In this document: positions 1-10,983 of the stretch, piece by piece
Numbering within the stretch: position 1 is the stretch's first letter
Layout: every line of letters starts with the position of its first letter
DNA from: an uncultured beta proteobacterium
GTDB lineage: Bacteria > Pseudomonadota > Gammaproteobacteria > Burkholderiales > SHXO01
Direction: 5' to 3'
Length of the DNA stretch: 64,000 bases
NCBI GenBank assembly: GCA_963705615.1
Contig: CAVPKE010000014.1
Coordinates: 1,871 to 65,870 of the forward strand
Translations under genes and position numbers: made by a program
Notes under the pieces: model-generated
Told to the model about the DNA's origin: nothing
What the model saw: the letters and a program-made list of their open reading frames with translations, nothing else
Databases searched by the model: none

Positions 1-1
1 G

Positions 2-1906
<1,905 letters not shown>

Positions 1907-1983
1907 TCTCGGAGGAAAGGTCTTAAAGGTCCTATATCGCACAGCCGCGACCTGATATCGGGTTATCCCGGGCCAGGTCGAGG

Positions 1984-2247
1984 TTGTGCGAACCGTGCAG
2001 CTTCCTTTTGGCTTTAGGAATGATGAACAGCTGGGACAATGCGGGCAGCGAAGCGCTGTTCGGCTCGCTCAAGGTCGAGCGGCTACACGGCATGAGGTTC
2101 GAGACGCGCCGCCGTGCCAAGGACGAGGTCATCGACTGGCTGGTCTGGTACAACAGCCGCAAGCTGCATTCGACGCTGGGTTACACGGGCCCAATGCAAT
2201 ACGAGCAACGCTCGCTCGTGGGTCAACCGAAAACAGCGAAGCTCTGA
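1984..2247 (+). pseudogene. IS3-family transposase (OrfB) C-terminal remnant
   Basis: The 87-aa ORF contains ...NSWDNAGSEALFGSLKVERLHGMRFETRRRAKDEVIDWLVWYNSRKLHSTLGYTGPMQYE, the conserved C-terminal end of IS3-family DDE transposases (NCWDNA...ESFF.SLK.E...FYN..R.HS.LGY.SP..FE). No catalytic core or OrfA lies upstream, so it is truncated at the 5' side. Confidence 0.75.
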
Positions 2248-2302
2248 GCTCGGTTATCGGATTCAGATTCCGACGGCAAGATCACTCACCAAGGAGCGCG
2301 GC

Positions 2303-2758
2303 ATGAAAGACACCAAGAATCAAAAGGCCATTGATGCACTCAACCGCATCATGGAGTTGGAATTGGCAGGGGTCGTGCGATACACGCATTACGCGCTCAT
2401 GGTTTACGGCTACAACCGCATTCCCATTGTTTCATGGCTGAAGGGGAATGCCGAGGAAGGTCTTGCTCACGCCCACAAGGCCGGTGAGTTGGTGACGTTG
2501 CTTGGTGGCCATCCCTCATTGAAAATCGGAGCCCTGCTCGAGACGGAAAGACACGATATTGGGGATATTCTTCGCGAAAGCCTCGACCACGAAAAAGCCG
2601 CGCTAGCCGCCTACTACAGCCTCCTGAAGATCGCGGAAGGACATTCCGTTCTGCTCGAAGAGTACGCACGAGAAATGATCGTTCAGGAGGAGCTGCATCT
2701 TGATGAAGTGAACAAGATGCTGCGCAGCCCTGGCGCCACGGCGCCTTTTCAGCAATAA
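2303..2758 (+). CDS. bacterioferritin-family (ferritin-like four-helix-bundle) protein
   Basis: ATG at 2303 is preceded by AAGGAG (2291-2296). The 151-aa product MKDTKNQKAIDALNRIMELELAGVVRYTHYALMVYG...EEGLAHAHKAGE...DHEKAALAAYYSLL...QEELHLDEVNKML has the Bfr-like pattern of E/H ligands. The first 120 nt are 49% G+C by hand count, well below the flanks. Confidence 0.8.
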   Translation: MKDTKNQKAIDALNRIMELELAGVVRYTHYALMVYGYNRIPIVSWLKGNAEEGLAHAHKAGELVTLLGGHPSLKIGALLETERHDIGDILRESLDHEKAALAAYYSLLKIAEGHSVLLEEYAREMIVQEELHLDEVNKMLRSPGATAPFQQ

Positions 2759-3193
2759 GCCATGCCGCATCAACGGGCCGCAGATAGGGACAGGTGAGCG
2801 ACAGGATAGTGAAGCTCGCCGCTGCTTGACTGCTGTGAGGCCCGGCGCCCCCCAGGCGGTGGTTTATGACCCCGACGCGTTGCAGCGTCAAGGTGACGCG
2901 AATGACTTGGAATGGATCGCGATGTGAGTCGAGGGTGGACTAGAGAAAGGATCACGCCGGCGAACCGGCAGAAGGCGCGAACGACCTCCAATCGCATTCG
3001 ATGGATAGTCGGACCGTAAGGTGGGGCTTCCTCTACAACTTCTATCCGACGCGGCCGTCGGCAAAGCCCAACGAACGGCCGCTACCGGGAAAATTGGCGG
3101 GCGACGATGACCGGCGGCTCATGGCCGAACCCGGTCATTGCGACCCGACCGGTGGCGCAGAGCGGCTTCATGGGGCATACTGTGCATCCGTAT

Positions 3194-3214
3194 GGGCTAT
3201 CCAGTTAGCTCCAC
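3194..3214. repeat. left terminal inverted repeat of the IS1595-family element
   Basis: GGGCTATCCAGTTAGCTCCAC, the exact reverse complement of 4224-4244. Confidence 0.9.
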
Positions 3215-3232
3215 TTACCCCAATATGTAGGG

Positions 3233-4204
3233 GTGAGCAACCCAGCTAGCATGCTCGTGTCCGGCCGAGACTACCCGCGTGACTGGAATCAGTTCTTGGA
3301 CTGGTTCGCCGACGAGGCGGCCTGTCTGAGCTATCTTGAACAGCTGCGTTGGCCTGAGGGTTTTGCCTGTCCTCGGTGCGGTGATGCGAGCGAGCCGTAT
3401 CGGTCCAGCCGAGGCCGCTTGATGTGCCCTGCGTGTCGCTATCAGTGTACGGTCACGGCCGGAACGGTGTTTGACAAGACGCGGACACCCCTGAGGACTT
3501 GGCTTGCCGCCGCCTGGTACCTGACCAACCAGAAATACGGCGTGAGCGCCCTGGGGCTGCAGCGGGTGTTGGGACTGGGGAGCTACCAAACGAGTTGGGC
3601 GATGCTGCACCGGTTTCGCCGCGCGATGGTGCGTCCGGGTCGGGAGCGCTTGAAGGGCAAGGTTGAGGTGGACGAGAGCTATGTTGGGATGCGCGACTCG
3701 AGCAAGTTGCTCACCGGAGCGAAACTCAAAAGCCACACTGCCAGAAGTTTGGTCGCCATCGCGGTCGAGATGCAGGAGCCGAAGGGCTTCGGTCGGATCA
3801 GATTGCGCCGGGTACCGGTGGACTCCGAAAGGTACTTGCTCCCCTTTGTGCGTGATGCGGTCGAACCCGGAACCAGGGTACATACCGACGGATCGGCTGC
3901 CTATCGATCCTTGTCCGAGAATGGGTACGTTCATCAGCGCAGCGTGCACTTGGGGTCGGACGGCCCAGCGCATGTCTCCATGCCAGGGGTCCATCGGTTG
4001 GCTTCGCTTCTCAAACGCTGGCTCCTCGGTACCCACCAGGGGGCAGTGCAGCCCGCCCAACTCGACTACTATTTGGATGAATTCACCTTCCGGTTCAACC
4101 GCCGCACCTCGCGCTCGCGCGGACTGCTGTTCTATCGACTGCTGGAGCAGGCCGTCGTCACCCAGCCGGTGCCCTATCAGCGCATCGTCGCCCGCAGAGT
4201 GTGA
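3233..4204 (+). CDS. IS1595-family (ISXO2-like) transposase
   Basis: The 323-aa ORF has an N-terminal zinc-ribbon (CLSYLEQLRWPEGFACPRCG...MCPACRYQCTVTAGTVFDKTRTPLRTW) and a DDE-type core (VEVDESYVG...VHTDGSAAY...YYLDEFTFRFNRR), the characteristic IS1595 layout. GTG start at 3233; an alternative ATG is at 3251. Confidence 0.9.
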   Translation: MSNPASMLVSGRDYPRDWNQFLDWFADEAACLSYLEQLRWPEGFACPRCGDASEPYRSSRGRLMCPACRYQCTVTAGTVFDKTRTPLRTWLAAAWYLTNQKYGVSALGLQRVLGLGSYQTSWAMLHRFRRAMVRPGRERLKGKVEVDESYVGMRDSSKLLTGAKLKSHTARSLVAIAVEMQEPKGFGRIRLRRVPVDSERYLLPFVRDAVEPGTRVHTDGSAAYRSLSENGYVHQRSVHLGSDGPAHVSMPGVHRLASLLKRWLLGTHQGAVQPAQLDYYLDEFTFRFNRRTSRSRGLLFYRLLEQAVVTQPVPYQRIVARRV

Positions 4205-4223
4205 CCACAACATATTGCGGCCG

Positions 4224-4244
4224 GTGGAGCTAACTGGATAGCCC
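4224..4244. repeat. right terminal inverted repeat of the IS1595-family element
   Basis: GTGGAGCTAACTGGATAGCCC, the exact reverse complement of 3194-3214. Confidence 0.9.
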
Positions 4245-4298
4245 TATATAAACAACCAGTACACGGCGTAGCAGTGGAGAAACGCCTCCGAAAAGACG

Positions 4299-5279
4299 AT
4301 GGAACTGCCGCACAGCGCGCCTGAAGAACCCAAGCTGCTGGTTCGCCTGCGAAACAAGCTCCGTCTCAAGCACTACAGCATACGCACGGAGCATGCATAT
4401 GTCGACTGGGCACGGCGCTTCATCCGCTTCCACGGCCTGCGCCACCCGGCGGAGATGGGAGCGCAGGAGGTGGAGGCCTTTCTTACCCACCTCGCTGTTC
4501 AGGGGAAGGTCGCTGCCTCCACCCAGAATCAGGCCAAGAGCGCGCTGCTTTTCCTCTACCGCGACGTGCTCGAATCGGAACTGGCGTGGCTGACCAAGGT
4601 GGAGCCGGCGAAGGTGCCCAGGCGGTTACCAGTGGTGCTAACCGAGCGGGAGGTGGACGCGCTCCTGAATTGCGGCTGCGGAACACCTGGACTGATTGCG
4701 CGCCTGCTCTATGGCACCGGCATGCGGCTTCTCGAGGCGCTGCGCTTACGGGTCAAGGACTTGGATTTCGAACGTCGAGAAATCTTGATCCGAGATGGAA
4801 AGGGTGCAAAGGACCGCGTGACAGTGCTCCCGGGGGTGCTAGTCGAGTCGCTCAGGGCGCACCTCGTGCTCGTAAGGAAGATGCACGAGCAGGACTTGGC
4901 GGCGGGCTACGGCGAGGTCTATTTGCCTTTCGCGCTCGCCAGGAAATATCCTGCTGCTCCCAGTCAGTGGCTGTGGCAGTACGTATTCCCGTCAACGCGC
5001 CGATCGCGAGATCCGAGGTCTGCGAGAACGGGCCGCCACCACATCGACGAGCAGACCGTTCAACGCGCTCTGCAATCGGCTCTCCGCGCCGCGGGCATCA
5101 ACAAGCCCGCCACCCCGCACACGCTGCGCCACTCGTTCGCGACGCATCTTCTGCAGTCCGGCTATGACATACGCACGGTTCAGGAGCTGCTCGGCCACAA
5201 GGACGTCAGCACGACGATGATCTACACGCATGTCCTCAATCGCGGAGGCCGCGGCGTCGTGAGCCCGCTGGACCGGTAG
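4299..5279 (+). CDS. intI: integron-type tyrosine recombinase (integron integrase IntI)
   Basis: The 326-aa ORF has an N-terminal [26 protein letters not shown]. Catalytic R ([18 protein letters not shown]), HxxR ([12 protein letters not shown]) and Y (TMIYTHV) are present, as is the integron-integrase-specific insertion [24 protein letters not shown]. No frameshift or internal stop. Confidence 0.85.
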   Translation: MELPHSAPEEPKLLVRLRNKLRLKHYSIRTEHAYVDWARRFIRFHGLRHPAEMGAQEVEAFLTHLAVQGKVAASTQNQAKSALLFLYRDVLESELAWLTKVEPAKVPRRLPVVLTEREVDALLNCGCGTPGLIARLLYGTGMRLLEALRLRVKDLDFERREILIRDGKGAKDRVTVLPGVLVESLRAHLVLVRKMHEQDLAAGYGEVYLPFALARKYPAAPSQWLWQYVFPSTRRSRDPRSARTGRHHIDEQTVQRALQSALRAAGINKPATPHTLRHSFATHLLQSGYDIRTVQELLGHKDVSTTMIYTHVLNRGGRGVVSPLDR

Positions 5280-5289
5280 AATCCGGTCC

Positions 5290-7250
5290 ATGAACGACCT
5301 CGAGGCCCTGTTCGCCGAGACGGGGCCTCTGGCCCGCGCGATCCCGGGCTACAAGCTGCGCCCGCAGCAGGTCGAGATGGCGAAAGCCGTCGCCGAAGCC
5401 ATCGACTCGCGCGGCCTGCTGATCGCGGAGGCCGGCACCGGCACCGGCAAGACCTTCGCCTATCTCGTGCCGGCTCTGCTGTCCGGCGGCAAGGTCATCA
5501 TCTCCACCGGCACCAAGACCCTGCAGGACCAGCTGTTCACGCGCGACATCCCGACGGTGCGCGACGCGCTGCGTGTGCCGGTGACCGTCGCGCTGCTCAA
5601 GGGTCGCGCCAACTACGTCTGCCACTACCACCTGGAGCGCCAGGTTGCCGACGGTCGCTTCGTCAACCGCGCCGACGTCGTCCATCTGCGCGCTGTCGAG
5701 CGCTATGCACGCACGTCCAAGACCGGCGACCGCAGCGGTCTGAGCGAGGTGCCGGAGGACGCCGAGATCTGGCCTCTGGTCACCTCCACGCGCGACAATT
5801 GCCTGGGTGGCGAGTGCCCGCGCTACAAGGACTGCTTCGTCATGGAGGCGCGCAAACAGGCGCTGGCCGCGGATGTGGTCGTGGTCAATCATCATCTGTT
5901 CTTCGCCGACGTGATGTTGCGCGACGAGGGGGTCGCCGAGCTTCTTCCGGCGTGCAACACGGTGATCTTCGACGAGGCGCACCAGCTTCCGGAGACCGCC
6001 AGCCTGTTCTTCGGCCAGAGCGTGTCGACCGCTCAGCTGGTCGAGCTGGCGCGCGATACGCGGGTGGAGGCAGCGGCCGCGGCCAAGGATTTCGCCGCGC
6101 TGCCGGACGCGGCAGTGGCTGTGGATCGCGCAGCGCGCGATCTGCGCCTGGCGGCGGGAGAGGAGACGGCGCGCCAGCCCGCCAAGGTGATTGGACGGGC
6201 GCGAGGCCTTCCGGCAGGCGCTGGACAAGCTCGCCGAGAAGCTGGGCGCTCTGGGCGCGCTGCTCGAGTTCCAGGCCGACCGCAGCGAGGGGCTGGACAA
6301 CTGCCATCGCCGCGCGCAGGAGCTGGCTGCGCGCATCGACCACTGGCGCAAGGCGGCGGAGAACGAGACCGTGCGCTGGGTCGAGGTGTTCCAGGGCTCG
6401 CTGCAGTTGAACGCGACGCCACTGTCCATCGCCGAGGTCGTCCGCAAGCAGGTTAGCCGGCAGTGCGCGCGCCTGGATCTTCACGTCGGCGACGCTATCG
6501 GTGCGCGGAGACTTCTCCCACTACCAGTCGGAGATGGGGCTGGACGCCGCGCGCACGGCCACATGGGACAGCCCCTTCGACTTTGCCAGACCCAGGCGCT
6601 GCTGTACGTGCCGGAGCACATGCCCGAGCCCGAACAGCGAGGGGTACACGCGCGCGGTGGTGGAGGCGGTGTTGCCGGTGATCGGCGCCAGCCACGGGCG
6701 GGCCTTCCTGCTTTTCACCAGCCTGCGCGCGATGCGCGAGGCGCATCAGCTGCTGCAGGAGGGCTTCGCACAGCGCGGCCACGAGTTTCCCCTGCTGCTG
6801 CAAGGCGAAGGTCCGCGCAGCAAGCTGCTGGAGCGCTTTCGCCAGCTCGGCAATGCGGTGCTGGTGGCCAGCCACTCGTTCTGGGAGGGCGTGGACGTGC
6901 GCGGCGAGGCGCTGTCGCTGGTGATGATCGACCGGCTGCCGTTCCAGCCGCCCGACGATCCGGTGCTGGCGGCGCGCATCGACAAGATGAACGCAGAGGG
7001 CCGCAACGCGTTCATGGAGTATCAGGTGCCGCAGGCGGTGATCACGTTGAAGCAGGGCGCCGGCCGCTTGATCCGCGACGAGACCGACCGCGGCGTGCTG
7101 ATGATCTGCGATACGCGCATGGTGACCAAACCGTACGGACGGCGCATCTGGCAGAGCCTGCCGCCGATGACGCGGACGCGATCCGTGGACGACGTGGTCG
7201 CGTTCTTCCGCGGTACTGAGCTACGCGACGTGGAGCACCGGTCGGGCTGA
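5290..7250 (+). pseudogene. DinG/YoaA-family ATP-dependent DNA helicase, interrupted by about 4 frameshifts
   Basis: The sequence includes Walker A AEAGTGTGKTFAYLVP, Fe-S cluster cysteines (NYVCHYH...CLGGECPRYKDC), DEAH (VIFDEAHQL) and C-terminal motifs (AWIFTSATL, SHSFWEGVDVRGEALSLVMIDRLPF, LKQGAGRLIRDETDRGV). Homologous sequence switches frame near 6188, 6465, 6590 and 6630. Confidence 0.85.
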
Positions 7251-7265
7251 AGCCATCGACGAAGC

Positions 7266-8651
7266 TTAGGATGCACTGTGCCCGCCGGAGCGGAGTCGAG
7301 GCGCTGTGTCCTTGAGAGCGTCTTGGTCGTCCCGTCTGCGCGCAAGGCGCTTGGCAATGCGCTGACGCACGAGGTCGATATGCCCTCGGAAGCCGTACAG
7401 GTTCTCGGAGTAGGCAAGCGGCGTGGGAATGCGGTTGACGGAACGCTCGATCTCCTCGAGTCGCTTCAGAAAGCCCTCCAGCATCGCTGCGTCGGCATTG
7501 TCGTCCAGCTGCAACTCGATCTCTTTGAGCTGCGCGTACCAGCGATAGATGCGGGAGCGCACGCGCCAACGATACAAGCGGCGGCACCATTCGGACCAGC
7601 GGCACCGAGATCGCCAGGATCGGCACCAGCACTACCCACAGCCGGTCGACGAGGTTGGCGGCCCAGAACGGCAGGTAGCGCTGCAACAAAGGCGGGCCCG
7701 ACTTGTAGTAGCGCTTGGCTTCCTCGCTCAAGGGGAAACCGGTGTCGCGCGGCGCCGGAAACTCGCCTTCGCGGTCGAACACACCTGCGCCGGCATGGAT
7801 TGCGGTGGCGGCACGCATCAGCAGATAGGCAAGCGCAGGATGCAGCGAGTCCCGCGCGATCAGGTTGGCGGTCGGCGCAACCAGCACGATGTCCTGAGAC
7901 GGAACGTCGTTGGCGAGGTCGAACACGCCGCGAGGCAGGATCAACTTGGTGAGGTATGGGAACAGACGCGTGTAGGCTTCGGCGCGCTCGAAGCTCAGCA
8001 GGTGAATGCCGGGCGTCGCTGCGAGTCGCTCCACGAAATTCGAATCGGCCGGAGCGACCAGCAGCAGCTGCGTCGATTTTGCCTTTGGTGAGCTGTGTCT
8101 TCTGCCTCCTTCCCGCCCAGCGGCAGCAGTTCGGTGGGCGGCATTACGGCGCCGTTCATCGCCAGCAGCTGCAGCGCCAGGGCGCGCGTGCCGCTCTCTT
8201 CGGCGCCGATGGCGATCTTCTTGCCGCGCAGGCCGTCGAGGTCCTTCATGGGCGCTCCGCGGTAGAACACCCAGAGCGGCTCATAATAGAGGCTGCCGAG
8301 CGAGACCAGGTCCGGCGCGTTGGCGCCGAACCCGGTGCCGCCCTGGACGAAGGCGACGTCGACGCCGGAATTTTCGTCCATCAGCAGGGACATGTTCTGC
8401 AGCGCGCCGCTGGAGGGATGAATGTCAAGCGTGATGCCGCTGCGCGCCAGGAATTCCTTGTACTGCTTGGCGTAGTAGCCGTAGCGGCCCTCCTTCTGGC
8501 CGGACGCCATCACGATCTTCTTGGGCGGGGCGGGCTGGACGAAGTGAAACGCGACGGCGAATGCCGCGATCGTGAGCAAGATGGCCGGCGCCAGCGCGAT
8601 GAGCAGATCGCGACGGCTCCATGTGCGAAATTGCAATCTACGGGGAAGCAT
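7266..8651 (-). pseudogene. TAXI-family TRAP-transporter solute-receptor-like protein, at least 3 frameshifts
   Basis: There is an N-terminal TM segment and a TAXI domain (KKIVMASGQKEGRYGYYAKQYKEFLARSGITLDIHPSSGALQNMSLL...VDVAFVQGG...LYYEPLWVFYRG). It continues in other frames (QLLLVAPADSNFVERLAATPGIHLLSFERAEAY...; MYRWRVRSRIYRWYAQLKEIE...). Frame changes lie near 8095, 8060 and 7585. Confidence 0.75.
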
Positions 8652-8720
8652 GGCAACACGTGAGCGTAGTAGCGCGAATTATAGGCCCGGCGCCGGTTTG
8701 ACACGCGCGGAGGCGCAACG

Positions 8721-9717
8721 TTGATCTGGGCGATAGCAGTGCACGGAGGCGCCGGAAACTGGGACGAAGCCCATCATGAGCGGGCCCGCGCGGGCGTGAG
8801 CGCTGCGGCTCAGCAAGGCGGCACATTGCTGGCGCAGGGCGGTTCGGCGCTAGACGCCGTGACGGCTGCCGTGGCGGTGCTGGAGGACGATCCTCTGTTC
8901 AACGCAGGCACGGGATCGGTCCTGAACCGTGACGGCGAAGTCGAGATGGACGCCAGCCGTGATGACCGGCCACGATCTCGGTTTCGGCGCAGTGGCGGCG
9001 ATCCGGCGCGTGCGCAATCCCGTGCTCGTGGCCCGGCAGGTGATGGAACGCAGTGGCCATGCGTTGCTAGTGGGAGAGGGCGCCGTCCGCTTCGCGCGAG
9101 AGCATGGCTTCGGCGACTACGATCCGATCACGGCGGAGGCGCTCTCCGCATTTCAGCGCGCGCGCGCGGATCTTGCGCTCGGGACGGTTGGCGCGGTCGC
9201 GTTGGATGGCGAAGGGCGGCTGGCGGCGGCCACTTCCACCGGCGGGACACTCCTCAAGCTTCCCGGCCGCGTAGGAGACACGCCGTTACCCGGAGCGGGC
9301 ACCTACGCCACGCGCGACGCGGCCGTGTCGGCGACAGGCAAGGGTGAGCTGATGATGCGGGTTCTCGCCGCGAAGAGTATCTGCGACATTGGGGCTGCGG
9401 GTGTGCCGGTGCAGCACGCAGTGAACCGCGTGCTGACAGCCATGCGAGATACGGTCGGCGCCGATGCCGGATTCATCGCGATCGGACGCGATGGTTCGAT
9501 CGGCATTGAGCACGGGACGCCCCACATGGCGGCTGCGTGGTGGACATCCGAGCAGAGCACGATCGTGGCGATGATGCAACGAAGGGAGTCCCCTCTCCAG
9601 CAAAGTGGGAGCCCCCTCGCTCCGGGGGAGGGTAGGGTGAAGCTCAGGCCGGCACGGCCCACAGATCGTGCGTGTCTGCACGCGTCACGCGAACCTGCGC
9701 GAATTCGCCAGACTTGA
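8721..9717 (+). pseudogene. isoaspartyl peptidase / L-asparaginase (Ntn-hydrolase family), frameshift near 8958; 3' end uncertain
   Basis: AIAVHGGAGN...DPLFNAGTGSVLNRDGEVEMDAS is in one frame. GHDLGFGAVAAIRRVRNPVLVAR...GTVGAVALDGEGRLAAATSTGG...[15 protein letters not shown] is in the next. The last ~40 codons read through a G+C-rich palindromic element and overlap the rimO 3' end, so the true stop is probably earlier. Confidence 0.75.
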
Positions 9718-10962
9718 GCCGTTTGCCGTTCTCGATGTAGACCAACCCGTCGATCTCCGGCGCATCGGCCGCGCTGCGCGCCACCGCGCCGTCGCTCGCG
9801 CACTTCGTCCACCAGCACTGTCATGGTTCGCCCGATCTTTGCGCGCAGCCTTGCGGCGCTGATCGCTTCCTGCGCAGCCATGAAGCGTGCGCGCCGCTCC
9901 TCCTTCACCTCCTCGGGCACCGGGTCGGGCAGGGCGTTGGCGACAGCGCCCTCGACCGGGGAATAGGCGAAGCAGCCGACGCGGTCGAGCTGCGCCTGCT
10001 CGAGAAAGTCCAGCAACTCCTCGAACTCGGCTTGCGTCTCACCCGGGAAGCCGACGATGAAGGTGCTGCGGATGGTGAGCTCCGGGCAGATCTCGCGCCA
10101 GCGACGGATGCGCGCGAGATTGTCCTCCGCGTTGGCCGGCCGCTTCATCAGCTTGAGAATGCGCGCGCTGGCGTGCTGAAACGGGACGTCGAGGTAGGGC
10201 AGCAGCTTGCCGTCCGCCATCAGCGGGACGACCTCGTCCACGTGCGGATAGGGATACACGTAGTGCAGCCGCACCCAGACGCCCAGCTCGGCCAGCGCTC
10301 GCGCCAGATCGGTCATGCGCGTCTTGAGCGGCCGCCCGCCCCAGAAGCCCGTGCGGTATTTGATGTCCACGCCGTAGGCGCTGGTGTCCTGGGAGATGAC
10401 CAGCAGCTCCTTCACGCCGGCCTTCACCAGGTTTTCGGCTTCCTGCATCACCTCGCCGATGGGCCGGCTCACGAGGTCGCCGCGCATCGAGGGGATGATG
10501 CAGAAAGTGCAGCGGTGGTTGCAGCCTTCGGCGATCTTGATGTAGGCGTAGTGCCGAGGCGTGAGCTTGATGCCTTGCGGCGGGATGAGATCGGCGAACG
10601 GATCGTGCGGCTTTCGGCAGGTGCGCATGCACTGCCGCCATGACCTCGTCGGTGGCGTGCGGACCGGTGACAGCCAGCACCTGCGGATGCGTGTGCTTGA
10701 CGATGTCGCCCTTGGCCCCGAGACAGCCGGTGACGATCACGCGGCCGTTTTCGGCCAGCGCTTCGCCGATCGCGTCGAGCGACTCCTCGACCGCGGCATC
10801 GATGAAGCCGCAGGTGTTGACGACGACGAGATCGGCATCGTCGTAGCTCGGCGCGACGACGTAACCCTCAGCGCGCAGCTGCGTGAGGATGCGTTCGGAG
10901 TCGACGAGAGCCTTGGGGCAGCCGAGCGAGACGAAACCGACTTTGGGCGCAATCGCCGCCAT
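9644..10962 (-). pseudogene. rimO: ribosomal protein S12 methylthiotransferase RimO, about 2 frameshifts
   Basis: The N-terminus is [28 protein letters not shown]...[10 protein letters not shown]. The radical-SAM core is [30 protein letters not shown]. The TRAM-type C-terminus [49 protein letters not shown] ends at a stop at 9644-9646. Frame changes lie near 10610 and 9800. Confidence 0.85.
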
Positions 10963-10983
10963 GAGCCGGGCGTCGCGAGCGAG

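Larger units (their letters stand above)
3194..4244 (+). mobile_element. IS1595-family insertion sequence, apparently intact (1051 bp)
   Basis: A single transposase ORF is bounded by perfect 21-bp terminal inverted repeats: GGGCTATCCAGTTAGCTCCAC at 3194-3214 and its exact reverse complement at 4224-4244. Confidence 0.85.

Noticed and set aside
1907-3193. Search for integron attC sites (paired RYYYAAC / GTTRRRY cores) and cassette ORFs left of intI.
   Set aside because: Only one RYYYAAC (GCCCAAC, 3066-3072) is present, with no GTTRRRY partner. The only gene there (ferritin-like) is on the wrong strand for a canonical cassette. A covariance-model search is still needed to be sure.
2759-3193. 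Known small RNAs or riboswitches (tmRNA, RNase P, 6S, SRP, cobalamin/TPP/SAM/glycine riboswitches).
   Set aside because: None of the diagnostic conserved strings I know for these families is present. The downstream element is an IS, not a regulated gene.
3001-3249. An 82-aa ORF upstream of the IS transposase.
   Set aside because: It has no recognisable motifs or RBS, and it crosses the IS left inverted repeat, so it cannot be a native gene.
4245-4298. LexA box (CTGT-N8-ACAG) or attI core upstream of intI.
   Set aside because: Neither motif is present in the 54 bp left between the IS end and the intI ATG. CAGTACACGGCGTAGCAGTG does not fit the consensus.
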